Shown here in pieces: positions 56,679-64,000 of a stretch of 64,000 nt of DNA (position 1 is the stretch's first letter; every line of letters begins with the position of its first letter). Origin of the DNA: Bradymonadia bacterium (GTDB lineage: Bacteria; Myxococcota_A; Bradymonadia; UBA7976; UBA1532); contig JBILLN010000017.1 in assembly GCA_044376085.1 (NCBI GenBank), positions 3,186 through 67,185 on the forward strand. The letters run 5' to 3'. Below the pieces are notes generated by a model. That model was not told the origin of the DNA. It saw only the letters and a program-made list of their open reading frames with translations, and did no database searches. A program made the position numbers and the translations under genes.

Positions 56679-56754
56679 CCCCGTGTCGATCGGACGTGCC
56701 CCGCCGGTGCGCCTGAGCGCCCTCTGCCGCGGCGCCCGGTCCGAAGCGCTCGCG

Positions 56755-57012
56755 ATGGCCCGCGACGCGCTCGGCGACGCCGGCCTTTTCGTCACGGACG
56801 TGCAGCTGTACAGCGATCTCGCGGCCTGCCTGACGTTCGAGGGCGAGGCGCCCGGGCTCGCGCGGCTCGCAGCGCGCTTCGAACTCGATGCCGAGAGCCT
56901 TGCCGGCCTCGAACAGGGCCCGTCGACCGGGGAGGTGGTCGGCACCCTGGCCTTGACGTTCGCGCAGGGCCAAGGGGATCTGCGGCACGAAAAGCCGGCG
57001 GTGCCGGGGTAA
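56755..57012 (+). CDS. Possible small hypothetical protein; it may be non-coding.
   Basis: An open frame starts at MARDALGDAGLFVTDVQLYSDLAAC, downstream of clpB. No motifs are recognisable. The longer form in the track overlaps the clpB 3' end. Confidence 0.2.
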   Translation: MARDALGDAGLFVTDVQLYSDLAACLTFEGEAPGLARLAARFELDAESLAGLEQGPSTGEVVGTLALTFAQGQGDLRHEKPAVPG

Positions 57013-57023
57013 GCGGCGTCGCG

Positions 57024-57914
57024 TCAGCGGGCGATGACGCGGAAGTCGGCGGCCTGATCGAAGAAGCCGCCCTGGGTCGTCGCCGTCGGCGCGGCGGCGG
57101 ACTGCTCTTCGGCCGAGAGGCCGAGGGGCTGGGCCAGCAGGGCGCGGAACCAGGTGCGGACGTCCCAGGTGACCACGAGGACCTGGGCATCGGGCGCGAC
57201 CTCGACCTGCCCCGCGAAGAACTCGTAGGCGCGGGTGGAACGCACGTAGATGCGCTCGGCGGCGGCTTCGGCCGCACCGGACTCGGCCTTGCCGCGCGCA
57301 GGCGTGGGGGTCGGCTCGGCGGGCGTCGGTGTGGGTTCGGCGGGCGTCGGCGTGGGTTCGGCCGGAGTCGGCGTCGGCTCACCGGGAGCGTCGCCCGGGT
57401 TCGCCGGGGTCGGCGTGGGTTCGGCAGGCGTCGGCGTCGGCTCCGCGGGCGTCGGCGTCGGCTCGTCGTCGGCCTTGCCCCGTGCCAGCGAACCGACGTA
57501 TCCGCCCGTGACCTCGACGGAGGTGCCGTCGGCGTCGGGTCGCACCCGCACGAGCAGGCGATACCGCCCGGGCTCGGCCAGTGTCAGGGCGCCGTCCGGC
57601 ACGACGGTCGACGGAATGCCATCGACGAGGTCGAACGCGATGCCGACGGCGTCGCCCACCGCGTCGTCGTCGCCCTCAGGGAGGAGGTAGAGGTCCGCCT
57701 CGAAGTGGACGTCCGTGACGAGCAGGTCGTCGTACACGTCGGCGAGGCCCACGAGTTCGACCCGAGGGGCCAGCGTCAGGGGGGCCTCGTCACCGGTGGG
57801 GGCGGGCCCCGCCGCCTCGGCCGGCGTGCCCGAAACCGGTGCACGCGCCTCGTCGGTGCCACAGGCCGACAGGGCCAGGGCCATCAGCAGGGACGTGCCG
57901 AGCATGCGGTTCAT
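57024..57914 (-). CDS. Lipoprotein with an (EPTPTPA)n repeat linker.
   Basis: The signal peptide ends in the LSAC lipobox. About seven EPTPTPA heptads are central. The start overlaps the stop of the upstream sigma-54 activator gene by 4 nt. Confidence 0.6.
   Translation of the reverse strand: MNRMLGTSLLMALALSACGTDEARAPVSGTPAEAAGPAPTGDEAPLTLAPRVELVGLADVYDDLLVTDVHFEADLYLLPEGDDDAVGDAVGIAFDLVDGIPSTVVPDGALTLAEPGRYRLLVRVRPDADGTSVEVTGGYVGSLARGKADDEPTPTPAEPTPTPAEPTPTPANPGDAPGEPTPTPAEPTPTPAEPTPTPAEPTPTPARGKAESGAAEAAAERIYVRSTRAYEFFAGQVEVAPDAQVLVVTWDVRTWFRALLAQPLGLSAEEQSAAAPTATTQGGFFDQAADFRVIAR
57296..57475 (-). repeat. Tandem 21-nt repeats encoding the (PTPTPAE)n linker.
   Basis: Units such as ggcgtcggcgtgggttcggcg and ggcgtcggcgtcggctccgcg recur at 21-nt period. 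They also generate spurious plus-strand ORFs (57250-57690). Confidence 0.6.
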
Positions 57915-60900
57915 GAGTCGCCGACCTCGCGTTTCAGGTCACCCAATGCTGGGATCGCATGGATTATCTGCGAAAGTCGAGGTCTTTTCATCCCCAAACG
58001 CTCGGCGGCGCGGGTGATGTTGCCGCCGGAAGCGCGCAGGGCTCGTGCGATCGCCTCGAACTCGATGCGCTTCTTGAGCTCGAAGAGGCCGCCTTCCGAG
58101 GCGACGGCGCGATCGAGCCAGTCCGAATCGAAGACGCTGCCGGCGCCCTCCGGGACGGGCATGGGGGTGGCGAGGCGGGCGAGGGTCGCCGAGTAGTCGT
58201 CGTCGTCGTCCGAGCGCGGGCCGACCCGCGGGGGGACGACTTCGGCCGCGTCGCTCCTCGTCTCTTCGGGGTCCGGTTCGGCTGGATGCGCAGAGGGTGG
58301 TGCCGGGTCGGGGGGGCCGTCGGCGGGCGCCGGCGGCAGACCCCGGTGTTCGAGAAGCTCGGCGGCGGAGAGGACCGCCTGTTCGTCCGGCGGGCGGAAG
58401 AAGTCCCCGAGCTCGCGCAGTTCGCTCAGGCCGATGGTACCGCCGTCGGCGAACAACGCCGCGCTTCGGACCACGTTCTCGAGCTCCCGGACGTTGCCCG
58501 GCCAGTCGTGCTGCATGAGGCTGGCCAGGGCCTCGGGTGAGACCCGGATCGCCGGTGCGGCCGCGCCACCCGCCTCGGGGGCGGCCTGTGACCGCCGCGC
58601 CAGGAAGTGCTCGACGAGCAGGGGAATGTCCGTTCGGCGGTCCCGCAGAGACGGCAGCTCGATGATGACGCCGCGGAGACGGTAGTAGAGGTCGGCCCGG
58701 AACTCGCCGCGGCGGACCATTTCCTCCAGCGTGCGGTGCGTGGCGCACAGGACCCGGACGTCCACCGACAGCGTCTCCGAGCCGCCGACGCGCTCGAACG
58801 TCCCCTCCTGGAGAACCCGGAGCAGCGCGACCTGCGTATTCGGGGAGATGTCACCGATCTCGTCCAGGAAGAGCGTGCCGGTATCGGCGAGCTCGAACCG
58901 GCCCTTCTTGCGCGCCACGGCACCGGTGAAGGCGCCCTTCTCGTGACCGAAAAGCTCGCTGAGGAGCAGGGTCTCGACGAATGCCGAGCAGTTGACCTTG
59001 ACGAAAGGCCCCTCGGCCCGCGGGCTGTTGGCGTGGAGCGCGGCGGCGACGAGCTCCTTGCCCGTGCCGCTCTCTCCGCGGATCAGGACGATCGCATCGC
59101 TGCCCGCGACCCGGTCCAGTGCGTTGAAGACCGTGAAGAGGGCCGGGGCCCGGCCGAGAATCTGCGGATACCGCTCACCCCAGTGAGGCTGGTACCGCGG
59201 CGCGCGGAGGGCGCGGCCGTCGCCGGCGGGCGCGGGCGGGGCGAGCAGAGGGTGGTGGGGTCCGATGCCTGCCCGGACGCGTCGGAGCGCCGCCCCGATC
59301 TGACGGCGATCGGGGGCCTCCAGGTAGCTGGTGCGCAGCCCTTCGGGCAGGCGCCGGGCGACGCGCTCGATCAGTTCGGCGGCTTCCCCGAGGGCCTGGA
59401 GGGCTGCCGCGCGATCCCGGGCCTCCCACGCGAGCCGGGCCTCGAGGAAGAGGGCGCGCCACCGGGTCTCCTGGTCCCCGGCCGTCTGGGCTGCGGCCTG
59501 GGCGGCCGCGGCTTCCGCCCTCGCCGTGGCGGCATCCCCGCGTTTCCGGGCCAGCGAGGCCCGGCTCAGAAGGAGCGCCGCGGCCCGCATCGGATCGGGG
59601 GTCGAGGCCGGGCCCTCGGTCGCGCGGGCGAGCGTGGCCTCGGCATCGTCGAGCGCGTCGGCCTCGATCTGGAGATCGGCCAGGCCGATGAGCAGGGAGA
59701 GCCGGCTCAGCGCCTGCGCCGGCTCCGTCGCGGCCAGCGCCGCCCGGTAGTGCTGCTCGGCCCGCGCGCGGTCGCCGGCCGCCGCGGCCAGTTGCGCGTC
59801 CAGCAGGGCGCATTGCGCCTCGAGCGAGCGCAATCGGGCCCGCCGGATCTGGCTGCGGCTGATCTCGGTGAGGCGCCGTGCGCGCTCGGCGTCTCCCATC
59901 ACGAGGTACAGCTCCGCCAGGTTCAGGGCGGTGTGGGCGAGGTGATGCCCCTGGCCGAGCTTGCGGAACGCCTGCGTCGAGTGGTGGTACATCGCCAGCG
60001 CCGCGCCGAAGTCCTGCCGCCGGTGGAAGAGGACGGCCAGGTTGTCCAGGGAGATGGCCAGATTTCGGAGATCCCCGGCGTCTGCGGCCAGGCGTCGGGC
60101 CTCGGCGTAGCGTTCGGCGGCGACCTCGGCTTCTCCGCTCTGCAGCGAAACGATGCCGAGGTTGATGAGCGAGCGGATCTGCGGCGTGATGGCCCGCAGA
60201 CGTCGCGCCGACTCCAGGTTGTGCGTGAAGAGGGCCCGGGCGGTCTCGAGCCGCTCCCGGGCCAGGTGGACCTTGCCCAACGTATTGCGCAGCGACAGCG
60301 TCTCGGCGTCTTCGAGGTCGCCGGCGGCGGCGAGGCCCGCCTCTGCCCGGCTCTCGGCGCGCCCCGGGTCCCCCGCCTGCCACGCGATCTCCGCCGCCAG
60401 CGCCCCGGCCGCGTGCCGGAGGGCATCGGGCAGGGGACCGCTCTCGGCGGCCGCCACCGCGGCGGTGGCGCGGTCGACCCAGCCGGCGGTGAGGCAGAGG
60501 CGTGCGAGGCGCAAGTGGACCGTGGCGCGGTCCGCTTCGTCTCCGGCGAGGGCCGCGCGCTGCTCCAGGGCCTCCTCGGCAGCCCGGAACTCGCCCGTGC
60601 GCGCGTACAGTTCGGAAAGCCGGTCGAAGATGTCCCGACGGAGCGGACCGTCGGTCGACGTGACGATCTGCGTCAGCAGCTCGGCGGCACGGGCATGTGC
60701 GAACGCGGCCTCGAGGCGGTCCGCGGCGGCGAGCGCGAACGGGACGGCTTCGGCGGCCGCGGCGCCGGCGAGGTAGTGCGTCGCGACCTCCTCGGCCTCG
60801 ACACCGCGTCCCGCGAGCGGGACGAGGCGTTCGGCGATGTGGCGATGAAGGGCGGCCCGCTCCACGGGGTCGAGGGCCTCGTACCAGCACTCCCGCGCCG

Positions 60901-61984
60901 CGGCGGGCGCGAAGTGGAACCGCACTTCGCCGCGGTCCAGCACGCGGCCGACGAGTCCGCGTTCCTGCAGGGCCTGCAGCGCGACGAGGGGGGCGGAGCC
61001 GGCGGGCAGCACGTCCCGCAGTTGGTCGAGGGACACCGGCCGCCCCAGAACGGCGAGGGCGTCGAGGATCGGACGGTGCTCCGGCGCGACCTCGGCGAAC
61101 CGGCGGGCCCAGAGCGTGTCCGGGGAGTCTCCCAGGCCGGAGAGGAGCTGCCCGAGGGCCGCCGGATTCCCGCCGGAGGCCCGGAGCATGCGCTCGACGA
61201 CGGCGTCGGACTGGAGATAGGCCCTCAGCGCGTCGCGATCGAGGGGGCCCAGCACGAGCGCTTCGATCGCCGAGGAGGCCCGACCGAGCTCCAGCAGGGG
61301 CCGGGTGGTCTCCACCTCCCGAAACGACAGGACGAGCAGACCCCGGAACGCGCGCGACTCCTCGCCCCCCTCCGGCGCCCAGTCGAAGGCCGGATCCGCC
61401 ATGAGGTTCTCGATCAGGTAGCGGATCAGGGCCAGCGTCGCGACGTCCGCGCGGTGCAGATCGTGGAGGTGAAGCACCGGCGGGCGCGCCCCCATGAGCT
61501 CGACCACGGCGCGACGCACGACCTCGAAGAAGTGCAGCCGCAGGTCGTCCGCCCGGGCCGCCTGAGGCAGGTCTCCCGGACCCGGGAGACCCGCGATGAG
61601 GGACAGGGCGCGCTCCGTGGCCGGCGCCGGTCGACCGAGATCCGCGAGGGCGCCGGCCGCCTGCCCCAGGAGTTCCACGAGGGAGCCGTAGGGGCGATGA
61701 TCCGTCTGCCGACACCGGCCTTCGAAGACGACCTCGCCGGCGGCCCGCATCGAGCGCTTGAAGGCGTCGAGCAGGTGCGACTTGCCGATGCCCGCCGGAC
61801 CCACGACCAGCGCGCATCGACCCCGGCCCACTGCCCGGGCCTCGTCGAACAGACTCCGGAGGCGCGTGAGTTCGCGGGTCCGGCCGAACGGCGCCGCGTC
61901 CTCGCCGCGAGGGGGCGTCGGCGCACCCGCGGGGGCGGCCATCGCGGTGGCGGGCGAGCGGTCTCCTCGATCCTGGGGGCTCAC
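57911..61984 (-). CDS. Sigma-54-dependent transcriptional activator with an N-terminal STAND-type NTPase plus TPR sensor module (1357 aa).
   Basis: The N-terminal P-loop is ALVVGPAGIGKSHLL with a Walker B-like LHLHDLHRAD. A roughly 600-aa TPR region follows. The central sigma-54 AAA+ domain has GESGTGKE, EKGAFTGAV and LFLDEIGD. A C-terminal Fis-type HTH is present (NITRAAERLGMKRPRLSQ). The start is GTG at 61984 or the ATG at 61942. Confidence 0.75.
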   Translation of the reverse strand: MSPQDRGDRSPATAMAAPAGAPTPPRGEDAAPFGRTRELTRLRSLFDEARAVGRGRCALVVGPAGIGKSHLLDAFKRSMRAAGEVVFEGRCRQTDHRPYGSLVELLGQAAGALADLGRPAPATERALSLIAGLPGPGDLPQAARADDLRLHFFEVVRRAVVELMGARPPVLHLHDLHRADVATLALIRYLIENLMADPAFDWAPEGGEESRAFRGLLVLSFREVETTRPLLELGRASSAIEALVLGPLDRDALRAYLQSDAVVERMLRASGGNPAALGQLLSGLGDSPDTLWARRFAEVAPEHRPILDALAVLGRPVSLDQLRDVLPAGSAPLVALQALQERGLVGRVLDRGEVRFHFAPAAARECWYEALDPVERAALHRHIAERLVPLAGRGVEAEEVATHYLAGAAAAEAVPFALAAADRLEAAFAHARAAELLTQIVTSTDGPLRRDIFDRLSELYARTGEFRAAEEALEQRAALAGDEADRATVHLRLARLCLTAGWVDRATAAVAAAESGPLPDALRHAAGALAAEIAWQAGDPGRAESRAEAGLAAAGDLEDAETLSLRNTLGKVHLARERLETARALFTHNLESARRLRAITPQIRSLINLGIVSLQSGEAEVAAERYAEARRLAADAGDLRNLAISLDNLAVLFHRRQDFGAALAMYHHSTQAFRKLGQGHHLAHTALNLAELYLVMGDAERARRLTEISRSQIRRARLRSLEAQCALLDAQLAAAAGDRARAEQHYRAALAATEPAQALSRLSLLIGLADLQIEADALDDAEATLARATEGPASTPDPMRAAALLLSRASLARKRGDAATARAEAAAAQAAAQTAGDQETRWRALFLEARLAWEARDRAAALQALGEAAELIERVARRLPEGLRTSYLEAPDRRQIGAALRRVRAGIGPHHPLLAPPAPAGDGRALRAPRYQPHWGERYPQILGRAPALFTVFNALDRVAGSDAIVLIRGESGTGKELVAAALHANSPRAEGPFVKVNCSAFVETLLLSELFGHEKGAFTGAVARKKGRFELADTGTLFLDEIGDISPNTQVALLRVLQEGTFERVGGSETLSVDVRVLCATHRTLEEMVRRGEFRADLYYRLRGVIIELPSLRDRRTDIPLLVEHFLARRSQAAPEAGGAAAPAIRVSPEALASLMQHDWPGNVRELENVVRSAALFADGGTIGLSELRELGDFFRPPDEQAVLSAAELLEHRGLPPAPADGPPDPAPPSAHPAEPDPEETRSDAAEVVPPRVGPRSDDDDDYSATLARLATPMPVPEGAGSVFDSDWLDRAVASEGGLFELKKRIEFEAIARALRASGGNITRAAERLGMKRPRLSQIIHAIPALGDLKREVGDS

Positions 61985-62059
61985 GTCGGGCTCGCGGGCT
62001 TCTCGCGGTTCTCGCGGTCAGGGGGGCAGTGATGGTATGGGTGGGGTGGACGGGATGCA

Positions 62060-62899
62060 ATGCTCTGGCTCTGGCTCATACTGGTCTGCCTCGTGGCGAT
62101 GGTCGTCGTGCCGCCGGTGGTCGCGATCTGGGAGGCCTGGTCCACCCGCGCGACGACCGCAGACGTCGGCTTCTGGACGCTCGCCCGCTCGGTCGCCGGC
62201 TCCTGCCACGTCCCGTGGGGCCGCCGGGGCTGGCCCATCGTCCGGTTTCCCCTCCGCTTCGGTGAGGGGCGGCTGAAGGTCCTGCGGACGCCCGGACGGG
62301 CGGGGCGGACCCTCGAAGTGCGGGCGTACCAGCAACGGCCGTTCGGGTTCTCGGCCCGCATCTGCTCGCCCCCGGCCGCCCCCGCCCGCTGGCACGCGCC
62401 GGGGCTCGCGCCGGTTCTGCTCGAGGCCGCGGGCGGTCTCGAACTCGGCTTCTGTTCGCTCGAGGCGACGGACGAGCGCCTTTTGCGGTGGCTGTTGCGA
62501 CACCCCGAGACCCGGCGCACGGTCGATCGGCTCCAGCTCGCCAGCAACGCCGACGCCGTCGAGATCGTGCTCGCCGGTCGGGTCATCCTCGTGCGGGCCG
62601 CGACGACGGCCCCGGGACCCCCGGGGGCACTGGCGGAGACGATGGCGCCGGAACTCATTGAGGCCCTGCGCCTTTTGTCGGATGATCTGCACGATCTGGC
62701 GTGCGCACTCGAAGACGCGGGAGAGCCGATGACCTTGAGCATCTTGTGCCGCGGCTGCGGTGCCCGCCTGGGTGAGGACCCCTGGCATTGTCCGAAGTGC
62801 GGCCACGCGTTGCACCGCGGCTGCCGGGAGATGACGGGCGGCTGCGCGAATGCGGCCTGCGAGGCCGCGCCGGACGCGTTGCCGGCGGTGGTCGCGTGA
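62060..62899 (+). CDS. Hypothetical membrane-anchored protein with a C-terminal zinc-ribbon.
   Basis: The N-terminal TM helix is MLWLWLILVCLVAMVVVPPVVAIW. The C-terminal cysteines are CRGCGARLGEDPWHCPKCGHALHRGCREMTGGCANAAC. It is divergent from the activator gene. Confidence 0.45.
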   Translation: MLWLWLILVCLVAMVVVPPVVAIWEAWSTRATTADVGFWTLARSVAGSCHVPWGRRGWPIVRFPLRFGEGRLKVLRTPGRAGRTLEVRAYQQRPFGFSARICSPPAAPARWHAPGLAPVLLEAAGGLELGFCSLEATDERLLRWLLRHPETRRTVDRLQLASNADAVEIVLAGRVILVRAATTAPGPPGALAETMAPELIEALRLLSDDLHDLACALEDAGEPMTLSILCRGCGARLGEDPWHCPKCGHALHRGCREMTGGCANAACEAAPDALPAVVA

Positions 62900-63534
62900 C
62901 GCGCGCCCGGTCGAGCGCCATTGCGCTGTCGGCCCTGTCGCTCGGCCTGTCCGGTTGCGCGCTGCCCGGCGACACGCTCGGCGTGGACGATGCCACGATC
63001 ATCACCGTCAAGACGGAGATCCCGCTGACGGCCGAGCTGCCGCCGCTGGCGGTGGCGCCGACGGACCGCGAGATCTCCTATGCGTTCACGGTCGCGGTGC
63101 CCGTCGATGTCGTGGCCGAGCTCGAGAAGCGCGGCAAGAAGAAAACGGCGAAGCGCCTGCGCGAGAACGAAGACAAGCTCATGGCGGTCTCCCTCGACAC
63201 GCTGGAGTACGCCATCGAGGCGCCCAACGCGTTGCCGGTGCAGATCGACCCCGTGACCGTCTACATCGCCCCCGAGGACGCCTTGCTGCCCGATGCCCGC
63301 GCTCGCGAACTCGGGCGGACGGAGGTCATCGGCCCGCACGAGGTCGTGGCCTCGCGCCCCCTGGTCGTCACGAGCACGGGCCTTCCGGACGCCTCCGACG
63401 GCCTCACGAGCCTGCACTTCGCGCTGCTCTTCGACGCGGCGCTCCGGGTACCGCGGGCCCAGGCGGTGCCGGCCAATGCGCTGCGCGCCAAGATCCGGCT
63501 CCGGCTCACCGCGCGGGTGGACCTGGCGGAGTAG
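62896..63534 (+). CDS. Hypothetical lipoprotein.
   Basis: The GTG start overlaps the upstream stop (GTGA). The signal peptide is ALSALSLGLSGC (lipobox). Confidence 0.45.
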   Translation: MTRARSSAIALSALSLGLSGCALPGDTLGVDDATIITVKTEIPLTAELPPLAVAPTDREISYAFTVAVPVDVVAELEKRGKKKTAKRLRENEDKLMAVSLDTLEYAIEAPNALPVQIDPVTVYIAPEDALLPDARARELGRTEVIGPHEVVASRPLVVTSTGLPDASDGLTSLHFALLFDAALRVPRAQAVPANALRAKIRLRLTARVDLAE

Positions 63535-63548
63535 GGGACGAGGCGGCC

Positions 63549-64000
63549 ATGCGGATGCGTGTTCTCCTGTTCGGTGTCGGCGTGGGTCTGACCGCCTGCG
63601 CGCAGGAGCAGGGGTCCGGTGCCCTGACCGGGTTCCTGTCCGTTCCCGGGTGCGTGACGCCGCCCGCCGGCGTCGAGTCCTGCAGCGGTGCGCCCGAAGA
63701 TCCGCCCGCCGTCTGCGAGCACTTCGATCTGCACCCGAACTTCTTCACGTTGGAGACGGCGGCCGACGATGCCGTGCTGCGGATGCAGTACGGGGGCGAA
63801 GACTTCGCCCGGGAGGATGGCCTTCAACTGCACGTCCGGGATGTCCGCGGCCTTCCGGGGCGCCTCGGCGAGCCCCTCGCGGTCGGTCCGGAGGAGCCGG
63901 TGCGAGCCGCCCTCGACCTCTTCGAACGGTGCCCGGAGGTCACGGAGAGCCTCGAATTGCGAGGCACGGTGACCTTCGATTCCTTCGGACTGCACAAGGG
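63549..64000 (+). CDS. Hypothetical lipoprotein, truncated by the window end.
   Basis: ATG at 63549, followed by MRMRVLLFGVGVGLTACA (lipobox LTAC). There is no stop within the window. Confidence 0.4.
   Translation, partial: MRMRVLLFGVGVGLTACAQEQGSGALTGFLSVPGCVTPPAGVESCSGAPEDPPAVCEHFDLHPNFFTLETAADDAVLRMQYGGEDFAREDGLQLHVRDVRGLPGRLGEPLAVGPEEPVRAALDLFERCPEVTESLELRGTVTFDSFGLHK

Noticed and set aside
56605-57012. A 135-aa ORF overlapping the clpB 3' end.
   Set aside because: The overlapping 5' part is probably a frame artefact. Only the non-overlapping 3' portion is kept, as a low-confidence hypothetical.
1-64000. CRISPR arrays, insertion sequences, integrases and phage genes.
   Set aside because: No direct-repeat/spacer periodicity was seen. 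No transposase, integrase or recombinase-like ORF was seen. The only tandem repeats are in-frame protein-linker repeats (6661-6840, 57296-57475).

Overview
This is a roughly 70% GC window that looks like a myxobacterial (Myxococcales-type) chromosome segment. Supporting signs are a Myxococcus-type cysteine-rich repeat, the myxobacterial Asp/Cys-rich metal-binding motif, many Hanks Ser/Thr kinases, and sigma-54 activators with FHA or STAND sensor domains. Many long ORFs in the supplied track are antisense or out-of-frame high-GC artefacts and were discarded.

Housekeeping genes:
- A salvage operon tdk-upp-hpt, with hpt truncated at the window start.
- queE and queC.
- rpsU.
- lipA.
- carB.
- greA.
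- recG.
- clpB.

Signal transduction:
- A minus-strand operon of Hanks kinase, a secreted/membrane protein, and an FHA-GAF sigma-54 activator.
- A standalone receiver protein.
- A PrkA-family kinase in a non-canonical lipoprotein operon.
- A kinase with a degenerate catalytic loop, translationally coupled to an acyltransferase.
- Two tandem, translationally coupled Ser/Thr kinases, each fused to a STAND-ATPase plus TPR module.
- A 1357-aa sigma-54 activator carrying the same STAND-TPR module at its N-terminus.

The most interesting locus is a minus-strand cluster at about 31.7-45.9 kb. It contains an alpha/beta hydrolase, a GT4 glycosyltransferase, a compositionally distinct radical SAM (SPASM-like) enzyme, two tandem paralogous giant (about 1400-1500 aa) metzincin lipoproteins (HEIGHTxGxTHNF ... 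SIMDY), and a TPR-bearing polytopic membrane protein of GT-C type. A divergent acyl carrier protein gene sits at its upstream edge. Two near-consensus sigma-54 promoters (GGCACG-N4-TTGC) lie directly upstream of the radical SAM gene and of the first metalloprotease gene. This suggests an activator-controlled secreted protease and modification system. Everything here is inferred from sequence alone, with no database search.
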